Shown: positions 27,650-38,452 of the stretch, piece after piece
Layout of the letters: every line of letters begins with the position of its first letter
How positions within the stretch are numbered: position 1 is the stretch's first letter
Source: the human T2T-CHM13v2.0 reference genome, Homo sapiens
Length of the DNA stretch: 64,000 nt
Reading direction: 5' to 3' (one strand)
Assembly: GCF_009914755.1 (NCBI RefSeq)
Contig: NC_060932.1
The notes under the pieces: generated by a model
Databases searched by the model: none
What the model was told of the DNA's origin: nothing
What the model saw: the letters and a program-made list of their open reading frames with translations, nothing else
Program-made: the position numbers and the translations under genes

Positions 27650-28960
27650 CTCAGGGTGAGGTTGAGGCAGGCAGAGAGGAGAAGCAGCAAGGCCACAGGG
27701 AATGCTGGGAGCCTCCCAAGGACGTTTCTCGCATCCCAGAAGGCCCCAGGGCTGTGCTGTGCGGGTTGTAATGCCCAGGCTTGGGAGCAGGGAGCCTGTG
27801 TCTCTCAGAGAAGGCCCCCACATGCGAAAATGGGGCCGCCAATGGCGTGGGAAGGATGCAGGGACTCAGGGGGATGTTGAGGCAGGCAGAGAGGAGAAGC
27901 GGCGAGACTGCAAGGAATTCCGGGAGCATCCCAAGGATGCCTCTTCGATCCCAGAAGCCCCCAGGCTGTCCCAGACGGGCTCTAATTCCCTAGGCTTTGT
28001 GGCCAGGTGCGAGAGTCTCTCATGGAAGACCCCCACAACTGAAAACGGTGACGCAGAGTGGAGTGGGGCCGCAGAGTGGGCAGCAGGGACTCTAGGTGAC
28101 GTTGAGGCAGGCAGAGTGAAGAAGTGGAGAGACCGCAGGAAATTTTGGGACCCTCAAAGAAGACCTCTCCCAACCCAGAAGCCCCCAGGACTGTCCCGTG
28201 TGAGGTGTAAAGCTTCAGGCTTTGTAGCAGTGTTTCTGTGTTTCTATTAGAAGGCTCTAGCAGTAAAAACAGGGCCGCAAAGTGGCATAGGCAAGTGCAG
28301 GAACTCAGCATGACGTTGAGGCAGGCAGTGGGTGAAGCAATGATACCACTGGGGCCTCCCAAGATTGCTTTCCCATCCCAGAAGTCCCCAGGACTGACGC
28401 GGGTGGACTGTGAAGCCCCAGTCTTCGGAGCAGGTTGCCTGTGTCTCTCGCAAAAGGCCCCCACCAGTGAAAACAGGGCCGCAGGGTGGTGTGGGCGGGT
28501 GGCAAGGACTCAGGGTGATGTTGAAGCAGGCAGAGAGAAGGGGCGAGACCACAAGGAATGCCGGGAGCTTCTCAAGGAGGCCTCTCCCATCTCAGAATCC
28601 CCTAAGACCGTCCCAGGCATACTGTAAACTTTCAGGTTTTGAAGCAGGGTGCCTGTGCCTCTAGTGGAAGGCCCCAACTATCGAAAACGGGGCCACTGGG
28701 TGGTGTTCACAGACCGCAGGGACTCAGCAGGACGTTGAGGTAGACAGAGAGGAGACCCAGAGACACTGCAGGGAATGCTGGGAGCCCCTGTAAAAGGCTT
28801 CTCCCATCCCAGAAACCACCAGGGTTTGTCCTGGGCATGCTGCAAAGCACCAGGCTTTTGACCAGGGTGCCTGTGTCTCTCACGAAAGGCCTCCACAAGC
28901 AAAAACAGGGCTGCAAGGTGGTGTGAGCAGCCCGTAGAGACTCACAGGGATATTGAGGCA
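27650..28960 (+). repeat. Internal duplication B, copy 1 (paralog of ~31330-32640)
   Basis: Shared variants at ~3.68-kb offset: ACGCAGAGTGGAGTGGG 28051/31732, GAGGTGTAAAGCTTCAGG 28202/31875, GCAGGAACTCAGC, ACCAGTGAAAACAGGG, TGCAAAGCACCAGGCTTT 28841/32526. Confidence 0.75.
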
Positions 28961-29234
28961 GGCAGAGGGAAAAAGCGGTGAGACAGCAGGGAATGCTGGG
29001 AACCTCCCCTGGACGCCTCTCCCATCCCAGAAGCCCCCTGGGCTGTCCCGGGTGGGCTGTAAAGCCCCAGGCTTTGAAGCAGAGTGCCTGTGTCTCTCCC
29101 AGAAAACTCCCACAAGCAAAAACAGGGCCTCAGTATGGCGTGGGGGGGCAGCAAGGACACAGGGGGACGTTGAGACAGGCAGTGGGGAGAAGACGCAGCA
29201 AGATGGCAGGAAATGCTGGCAACCTCTCCATGAC

Positions 29235-31300
29235 GCTTCTCCCATCCCAGAAGCCCACAGGGCTGTCCTGGGCGTGCTGTAAAGTTTCAAGTTTTGAAGC
29301 AGCATGTCTGTCTCTAGAAAACAACCTGCACTAGCAAAAACGGGGCCCTAGGGTGGCGTGGGCGAGCGCAGGGGCTCAGAGGGACGTTGAGCCATGCGGA
29401 GGGGAGAAGATTCGTGACCGCAGGAAATGCTGGGAGCATCCCAAGGAAGCCTCTCCTATCCCAGAAGCCCTCAGTGCTGTCCCAGGCGTACTGTAAAGCC
29501 CCAGGCTTTGGAGCACGGTGCCTATATCTTTCACGGAAAGCCCGCAAAAGCCTAAATGGGGCAGTAGTGTGGTGTAAGCAAGCTGCAGGGACTCTGGGGG
29601 ACGTTGAGGCAGACCTAGGGGAGACGTGGCAATATGGCAGGGAATGCTGGGAGTCTCCCTTAAAATCCACTCCTATTCCAGGAGCCCCCAGTGCTGTCCT
29701 TGGTGGGCTGTAACGCAACAGGCTTTAAAGCAGGGTGTCCGTGTCACTAATTGAAGGCCTCCACAAGCAAAAACAGAGCTGCAGGATGACATGAGCCGGC
29801 CATAGAGACTCATGGGGACGTTGAGACAGGAAGAGGGAAGAAGTGGCGAAACCGCACGGAAGGCTGGGAGCCTCCCTTGGACGCCTCTCCCATCCCAGAA
29901 ACCCCCTGGGCTGTCACAAGCAAGGTGTAAAGCCTCAGACTTTGGAACAGAGAGCCTGTGTCTCTCGCAGAAGGCTGCCACAAGCGAAAACTGGGCCGCC
30001 ATGTGGCAGGGGTGGGCGGCAAGGACACAGGGTGATGTTGAGGCAGGCAGAGGAGATAGGTGGCGAGACCGCAGGGAATGCTTGGAGCCTCCCAGTAAAA
30101 GCTTTCCCATCCCAGAAGACCCCAAGTCTCCCTGGCGGGCTTTAAAGTTTTAGGCTTTGGAGCAGAGTGCCTGTTTCTCTTGCAGAAGACCCCCACAAGC
30201 AAAAACGGGGCCGCAGGGTGTCGTGGGTGGGTGGAAGGGACTCAGGGTGACATTGAGGCAGGCAGAGGGTAGAATCAGGGGGACGGCTGAAAATGCTGGG
30301 ACCCTCCCAAGGAGGCCTCTCCCATCCCAGAAGCCCCCAATACTGTCTCGGGCATGCTGTAAACCTTCAGGTTTCGAAGCAGGGTGCCTGTGTCTCTAGT
30401 GGAAAGCCCCAACTAATGAAAACGGGGACTTAGGGTGGCGTGAGCAGGCCATAGGGACTCAGAGGGACAAAAGGCCATGCAGAGGGGAGAAGCGTTGAGA
30501 CTGCAGACAATGCTGAAAGCATCTCAAGGAGACCTTACCAATTCGAGAAGTCCTCAGTGGTGTCCTAGTGGTGCTGTAAAGCCACGGACTTTACAGCATG
30601 GTGCCTGTGTCTCTTGCTTTAAGGCCTCACAAGTGAAAATGAGGTTGTACCTTGTCATGGCCAAGATGCAGGGACTCAGGGGGATGTTGAGGCAGACAGA
30701 GGGCAGACCTGGTGACACTGCAGGGAATGCTGGAAGCCTTCCTAAAAAGTCTCTTCCAACCCAGAAGCCTCAAGAGCTGTCCCGGGTGTGCTGTAAAGCA
30801 CCAGGCTTTGGACCAGGGTGCCTGTGTCTCTTGCAGGAAGGCCTCCAAAAGCAAAAACGGGGATGCAAGGTGTTGTGAGCGGGCTGTAGGGACTCACGGG
30901 GGTCTTGAGGAAGGGGGAGGAAAGAGGCAGTGAGACCACAGAAAATGCTGGGAGCCTCCCAAGGAGGCCTCTCCGATCCCAGAAGACCCCTGGGTTGTCC
31001 CAGGTGGGCTGTAAAGCTCCAGGCTTTGGAGCAGGGTGCCTGTGTCTCTCGTGGAAAATTTCCACAAGAAAAAACGGGGCCTCAGTGTGTGTAGGCGGGC
31101 CGCAGGGACTCAGGGGCAAGTTGAGACAGGCAGAGGGGAGAAGAAGCGAGACCGCAGGATATGCTGGGAACCCCCTACCAAGGAGGCCCCTCTCTATCCA
31201 GAAGGCCCCAGGCGTGTCTGGTGTGGGTTGTAAAGCCCCAGGTTTTGGAGCAGGAAACCTTTGTCTCTTGCAGAAGGCCCCCACATGCAAAAACGGGGCT
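29235..31300 (+). repeat. Internal duplication A, copy 2
   Basis: Same anchors as copy 1; boundaries approximate. Confidence 0.75.
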
Positions 31301-31329
31301 GCAGAATTGTGTGGGAATGCTGCGAGGCC

Positions 31330-32640
31330 TCAGGGAGAGGTTGACGCAGGGAGAGAGGAGAAGCAGCGAGACAGCAGGGAACGCTGACAGCATCCCAAGG
31401 ATGTGTCTCCGATCCGAGAAGCCCCAGGGCTGTCCCGGATGGACTGTAATGCTCCAGGCTTTGGAGCAGGGTGCCAGCGTCTCTCGCGGATGGCCCCAAC
31501 ATGGAAATATGGGGCAGCAGAATGGCATTAAAAGGCCGCAGGAACTCAGGGGGATGTTGAGACAGGCAAAGGGGAGAAGCAGCGAGACTGCAGGGCATGC
31601 TGGGACTGTCCCAAGGATGCCTCTCTAATCCCAGAAGCCCCCAGGGCTGTCCTGTATGGGCTGTAATGCCCCAGCCTTTGGAGCAGGGTGCCAGAGTCTC
31701 TAGCGAAAGTCCCCTACAAGCGAAAACGGCGACGCAGAGTGGAGTGGGCAAGCAGAAGTGACTAAGGGTGACTCAGAGGCAGGCAGAGGGGAGAAGCGGC
31801 AAGACCGCAGGAAATGCTGAAACCCTGCCAAGGAGACATCTCCCAACCCAGAAGCCCCTATTTCTGTCCTGGGCGAGGTGTAAAGCTTCAGGTTTTGAAG
31901 CAGTGTGACTGAGTCTCTAGCAGAAGGGCCCCACTAGTGAAAACAAGGCCACAGCATGGCGTAGGCAGAAGCAGGAACTCAGCTTGACATGGAGGCAGGC
32001 AGAGGGGAAAGCGGCAAGGCTGCTGGGTACTCTGGGAGACTCCCTACAAGGCCTCTCCTATCTCAGAAATACCCAGGACTATCCCAGGCAGGCTGTAAAG
32101 CCCCAGGCTTTGGAGCATGGTGCCTGTATCTCTCGTGGAAGGCCCCTACCAGTGAAAACAGGGCAGCAGGGTGGCATGGGCTGTTGGCAGGGTCTCAGAG
32201 TGACATTGAGGCAGGAAGAGGAGAGAAGGGGCGAGAGTGCAGGGAATGCTGCGAGCCTCCCAAGAAGGCCTCTCCCATCCCAGAATCCCCAAAGACTGTC
32301 CCGGGAGTGCTGTAAAGCTTCAGGTTTTGAAGCAGGGTGACTGTGTCTCTAGCGGAAGGCCTCCACTAACGAAAACGGTGCCTCAGGTTGGTTTGGGCGT
32401 GCCGCTGGGACTCAAGGGGACTGAGGCAGACAGAGAGGAGAAGCAGCCACACCACAGCGAATGCTGGGAGCCTCCCTAAAAGGCTTCTCCCATCCCAGAA
32501 ACCCCCAGGGCTGTCCCTAGTGGGCTGCAAAGCACCAGGCTTTGAACCAGAGTGCCTGTGTCTCTTGCAGAAGGCCTCCACAAGCAAAAGTAGGGCCGCA
32601 GGGTGGTGTGGGCTGGCCGTAGGGACTCATCAGGAGGTTG
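31330..32640 (+). repeat. Internal duplication B, copy 2
   Basis: Same anchors as copy 1; begins right where duplication A copy 2 ends. Confidence 0.75.
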
Positions 32641-33783
32641 AGGCAGGCAGAGAGAAGAGGCAGTGAGACTGCAGAGAATCCTAGGAACTTCCAAAGGAGG
32701 CCTCTCCCAACCCAGAAGCCCCCAGGACTGTCCTTAGCATGCTGTAATGCTTCAGGTTTTGAAGCAGGGTGCATGTGTCTCTAGCGAAAGGTCCCAACTA
32801 GGAAAACCGGGCAGCAGTGTGGCTTGGGCGGGCCACAGGGACTCAGAGGGACATTGAGGCCAGCAAGGGAAAGAAGCGGTGTGAACGAAAAGAATCCTGA
32901 GAGCCTCCCAAGGAGTCCTCTCCCATCCCAAAAGCTTCCAGGACTGTCCTGGGCTTGCTGTAATGCTTCAGGTTTCGAAGCCGAGTGCCTGTCTCTTTAG
33001 CGTAAAGCTCCCACAAGCAAAAACGGGGCCGCAGTGTGGCGTAGTAGGGCCGCAGAAACTCAGGAGGATGTTAAGGCAGGCAGAGGGGAGAAGTGGCAAG
33101 ACTGCAGGGACTGCTGGGAGCCTCTCGAGGAGGCCTCTCCCATCTCAGAAGCCTTTAGGGCTGTCCTGGGAATGCTGTAAAGCCCCAGGCTTTAAAACAA
33201 GGTGGCTATGTCTCTCGGGGAAGGCCCCCACATGCAAAACCGGGGATGCAGGGTGGCATGAGAGGGCCACAGGGACTCAGGTGAGCATTGAGACAGGCAG
33301 AGGGTTGAAGCCCTGAGACAGTAGGCAATGCTGGGAAAGTCTCTAGGAGGTCTCTCCCAACACAGAAGCTCCCAGGTGTGTCCCGGACAGGCTGTAAAGC
33401 CCCAGGCTTCAGAGCAGCGTTCTTGTGTGTCTCGTGGAAGGCTCCCACAAAAGAAAACAGAGTCACAGAGTGGCATCAGCGGGTGGCAGAAACTCATGTT
33501 GATGTTGAGAGGTAGAGGGGAAAAGTGACGAGATCGCTGGGAATGCTGGGAGCCTCCCAAGGAGGCCTCTCCCATTCTAGAAGTCCCCAGGACTGTCCTG
33601 GGCAGGCTGTAAAGCCCCAGGCTTTGAAGCAGGGTTCCTGCTTCAAAAAGGCCCAAACAAGCAAAAACAGGACAGCTGGGTGGCGTGGACAGGCCTCAGG
33701 TTGGCGTGGGCGGGCCGCAGGAACTCAGGGGGACGTTTAGACAGGCAGAGGAAAGAAGCGGATAGAACACAGGGAATGCTGGG

Positions 33784-35901
33784 AGCCAGCCCGGGACTAT
33801 CCTGGGGGCTTCTGGGATGGGACAGGCCTCCTTGAAAGGCTTCCAGCATTCCCTGCAGTCTCAACGCTTTCCCCTCTGTCTGCCTCAACGTCACCCTGAG
33901 TCCCTGCTGCCCGCCCACGCCATTCTGTGGCCCCGTTTTCGCTAGTGGAGGCCTTCCACTAGTGACACAGGTACCCTGCTTCAAAACCTGAAGCATTACA
34001 ATACTTCCAGAATTGTCCTGGGGGTTTCTGGAATGAGAGATACCTCCTTTGAAGGCTCCCAGCATTGTCTGCGGTCTGGTGGCTTCTCCCCTCTGCCTGT
34101 CTCAAAGTCCCCCTGAGTCCCTGCGGTGCACACTTGCCACCGTGCCCCCTGGTGTCTCTTTTAGAGGTCTTCCGGGAGAGACACAGGCACCCTGATCCAA
34201 AGACTGGAGCATCACAGCCCGCCTGGGACAGTCCTGAGGGCTTCTGGGATGGGAGAAGCCTCCTTGAAAGGCTCCCAGCATTCCCCGAGGTCTTGCCACT
34301 TCTCCCCGCCGCCTGCCTCAACATCACCCTGAGTCTTTGCCGCCGGGTCATACCACCATGCGGCTTCGTTTTCGCTTGTGGAGGCATTGTGGAGAGACAC
34401 AGGCATCTTGCTTCAAAGTCTCGTGATTTATAGCCGGCCTGGGACAGCCTTGGGGGCTTCTGGAATGGGAGAGGTCTCCCTGGGAGGCTCGCAGCATTTC
34501 CTGAGTTATCGCCACTGCTTTCTTCTGCCTGCCTCAGCGTTCCTGTGTTCCTGCAGTTCTCCCAGTTTACCCTGTGGCCCCGTTTTGGCTTTTTGGGGCC
34601 TTCCGCGAGAAACACAGGCTCCCTGATCCAAAGTCTGAGGCACTACAGTCCTTCCAGGACAGACTTGGGAACTTCAGGGATGGCAGAGGCCTCCTTGGAA
34701 GGCTCCCAAGCTTCTCTGTGGTCTCGCCCTTCCCCGCTCTGCCTTCCTCTTTGACTTTTTTAGTTTCTGCAATCCACCACACTACACTACCGCCCCATTG
34801 TCTCTATTGTGCCTCTGAGAGACAGAGGCACCCTGCTCCAAAACCTCATGCATTACAGCCCATCATTTAAAGCCCTGGGGGCTTCTGGAACGGGAGAGGC
34901 CTTCTTGGGAAGCTCCCAGCATTCCCTGTGGTCTCGCTGCTTCTGCCCTCTGCCTGCCTCAATGTTTCCCTGAGACCCTGCGGCCTGCCCATGCCACTCT
35001 GCCGCCCTGCTGAGTTTCTTGGGGGAGTTTCGCGAGAGACACAAGCACCCTGCTCCAAAGCCTATGGCATTATAGCTTGTCTGAAACAGCCCTGGGGTCT
35101 TCTGGGGCAATATAGCCAGTCTGGGACAGCCCTGGGGGCTTCTGGAATGGGAGTGGCATCATTGGGAGGCTCCCAGCATTCCCTGCAGTCTCACCGCTTC
35201 TCCCCTCTGCCCTCCTCAATGTTACCCTGAGTCCCTGCGGCCCGCCCACGCCACCCTGTGGTCCCGTTTTTGCTTGCAGGAATTTTCCGCGAGAGACACA
35301 GGCACCTTGCTCCAAAGCCGGAAGATTTACAGCACGCCTCGGATAGATCAAAGGGCTTCTCGGATGGGAGAAGTCTCCAGGGGAGGCTCCCAGCATTCCC
35401 TGTGGTCTAGGTGCTGCTTCGCTCTGCTTGACTCAACTTCTCCGTGAGCCCCTACGTCCTGCCCACGCCACCCTGCGGCCTCATATTTTCTTGTGAGATG
35501 GGAGATGCGTCTTTGGAAGGCTTTCAGCATTCCTTGCGCTCTCGCTGCTTCTCCCTTCCGTCTGCCCCAACATACCCCCGCATCCCTTCAGCCCTCCCAT
35601 GCCACCTTGCAGCCCTGATTTTCATGTGGTGGACTTCCGCAAGATAAATAGTCACTCTTCTCCAAAGCCTGAGACTATACAGCCCACCTGGGACAGCAGG
35701 GGAGGATGCTGGGATGAAAGAGGCCTCTTTGGGGGGCTCTCAGCATTCCCTGTGGTACCACCACTTCTCCCTCTTCCAGCCTCAACGTCCCACTGAGTCT
35801 CTGGGGCCCACCCATGCCACACTGTGGCCCCGTTTTTGCTAGTGGGGGCTTTCAGCTAGAAACACAGACACCCTGCTTCAAAACCTGAAACATTACAAGC
35901 C
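33784..35901 (-). repeat. Inverted ~2.1-kb satellite block (~10 monomers) bounded by AGCC at both ends
   Basis: Orientation flips at GGG-AGCC-AGCCCGGGACTATCCTGGGGGCTTCTGGG (33784-33787) and flips back at CTTCAAAACCTGAAACATTACA-AGCC-TCTCCGATTCCAGAAG (35898-35901). Confidence 0.93.
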
Positions 35902-38438
35902 TCTCCGATTCCAGAAGCCCTCAGGGCTGTCCCAGGCATGCTGCAAAGCCACACCCTTTGGGGCAGGGTGGCTGTGTCTCACAGAAAGCCCCTACAAGTG
36001 AAAACGAGGCTGTAGGGTGGTGTGGGCAAGCCGCAGGGTCTCAGGGCCACAACAAACAAAAACTGAAGAGCAGGGTGGAGTGTGTGGGTGTCAAGGACTC
36101 AGAATGATGTTGAAGCAGGCAGAGGGGTGAAGCAGCGAGACCGCAGGGAATGCTGGGAGCCTCCCAAGGAAGCCTCTCACATCCCAGTAGCCCCCAGGGC
36201 TGTCCAGTGCGAGTTGTATAGCCCCAGGCTTTGGAGTACAGTGTCTGTGTGTCTCGTGGAAGATCCCCACATGCAAAAACACGGCAGAAGGGTGGCGTGG
36301 GCGGGCTGCAGAAATTCAGGGGGATGTTGAGGCAGGCAGAGGGAAGAAGCGACGAGAACGCAGGGAATACGGAAAACATCCCAAGGAGGCCTCTCCCATC
36401 CCAGAAGCCTCCAGGTCTGTCCCAGACGGACTGTAGTGCCCCAGGCTTTGAAGCAGTGTGCTTGTTTCTCTCGCAGTGGGCCCCCCAAAGCGAACACAGG
36501 GCCGCAGGGTGGCCTAGGTGAGAAGTTGTGACTCAGAGGCATATTCAATCAGGCAGAAGGGAGAAGCAGAGAGACCCCAGGGAATGCTGAGGGCCTCCCA
36601 AGGACGCCTGTCCCATACCGGAAGCCCCCAGAACTGTCCCGGGCATGCTGTGAAGCTTCAGGTTTTGAAGCAGGGTGCCTGCGTCTCTAGTGTAAGGCCC
36701 CCACTATTGAAAACAGGGCCACAGGGTGGCCTGAATGGACGGCAGGGACTCAGGGTGACCTGGAGGCAGGCAGAGAGGGAAGCGGTGATACCAAAAAGGA
36801 TGCTGGGAGCCTCCCAAGGACGCCTCTCCCATCCCAAAAGCCCCCAGGACTGTCCTGGACGTCCTGTAAAGATTCATCTTTTGAAGCAGAGTGACTGGGT
36901 CTCTAGCGGAAGGCCCCCACTAGCAAAAACAGGTCCGCTGGGTGGCGTGGGAGGGCAACAGGGACAGAGCATGACGCATTGAGGCAGGCAGAGGGGGAAG
37001 CGGCAAGACTGCAGGAAATGCTGGGAGCCTCCCAAGGAGGCCTCTTTCATCCCAGAAGCCCTCAGGCCTGTCCCAGGCGGGCTGTAAAACCCTAGGCTTT
37101 GGAGCAGCATTCCTGTTTCTTTCACAAAAGGCCCCCACAAGCGAAAACGGGTCTGGAGGGTGGCGTGGGCAAGCCCCACGGACTCAGGAGGATGTTGAGG
37201 CAAGCAGAGGGGAGAAGCGACGAGACCGCAAGAAATGTTGGGAGCCTGCCAGGACACTTCTCCTATTCCAGAAGTCCCCAGGGCTGTCTCGGGCTGGCTG
37301 TAATGCCCCAGTCTTTGGAGCAGGGTGCCTGTGTCTCTCGCAGAAGACCCCCAAAAGAGACAACGAGGTAGCAGTGTGGAGTGGGTGGGCCAACGGGACT
37401 CAGGGGGACCATAAGGCAGGCAAAACGGAGATGTGGCAACACCACAAGGAATGCTGAAAGACTGCTAAAAGGCCTCTCCCATACCAGAAGCCCCCGGGGC
37501 TGTCCTGGGCAGACTGTAAAGCACCAGAGTTTTTAATATGGTGCTTGTGTCTCTCGCGGAAGGCCTCCACAAGCAAAAATGGAAAAGCAGGGTGGCGTAG
37601 GTGGGCTGTAAGGACCGAGGGGGACTTTGAGGCAGGCAGTGGGAAGAAGCGACAAGACCTCAGGGAATGGTGGGAGCCTCCCCTGAAGGCTCTCCCATTC
37701 CAGAGGAACCCTGGGCTGTCCCGGGCGGGCTGTAAAGCCTCAGGCTTTTGAGCAGGCTGCCTGTGTTTGTTGCATAACGCTCCCATAATAGAAAACGGGG
37801 CCAAAGTGTGGCGTGGACGGGCCACAGGCACTCAGGTGGACATTGAGACAGGCAGAGGGGAACAGCAGCTAGACTGTAGGGAATGCTGAGAGCCTCCAAG
37901 GAGGCATCTCCCGTCACAGAAGCTCCCAGGACTGTCCCTGGAGTGCTGTAAAGCTTCAGGTTTTGAAGCAGCTTGCCTGAACCTGTAGCGGAAGGCCCCC
38001 ACTAGGGAAAACGCAGCCAAAGTGTGGCATAGGCATGACAGAGGGACTAATGGGAATGTTGATCCAGGCACAGGGGAGAAGCATGGAGACAGCAGGAAAT
38101 GCTGGGAACCTCCCGAGAAGGTGTCTCCCATTCCAGAAGCCCGCAGGGCTGTCCCAGGTGTGCTGTAATGCCTCAGGCTTTGGCGCATGGTGCCTGTGTC
38201 ACTGGCGGGATAGGCCCACAATGAAAATGGGGCCGTAGGGTGGTGTGGGTAGGCAGCAGGGACTCAGGGAAATGTAGAGGCAGGCAGAGCGGAGATGCGG
38301 CGAGATTGCAGGGAATTCTGGGAACCTCCCTGGTAGGCCTTTCTCATCCCTGAAACCCCCAGGGTTGTCTCCGGTGGGATGTAATGCCCCTGGCTTTGGA
38401 CTGGGTTGCTTGTGTCTCTCATCAAAGGCCTCCACAGG

Positions 38439-38452
38439 AAAAAAAAAAAAAA
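38439..38452 (+). repeat. (A)14 mononucleotide tract inside a monomer
   Basis: Counted directly; lies at the monomer's AAAAA position. Confidence 0.9.

Larger units (their letters stand above)
5024..33787 (+). repeat. Satellite domain 2: ~133 monomers, G-rich strand on plus, rich in ordered subtypes
   Basis: Runs from GCCACAGGGATTTAGGGGGACATTGAGGCAGG (5024) to ...GGGAATGCTGGGAGCC (33787) in constant orientation, apart from a possible 9-nt inverted patch at 13321. Confidence 0.95.

Noticed and set aside
33784-35901. Transposon call for the AGCC-flanked block
   Set aside because: The content is pure satellite, with no terminal inverted repeats, LTRs, poly-A tail or coding capacity. A 4-bp flanking repeat is better read as microhomology and could be coincidental.
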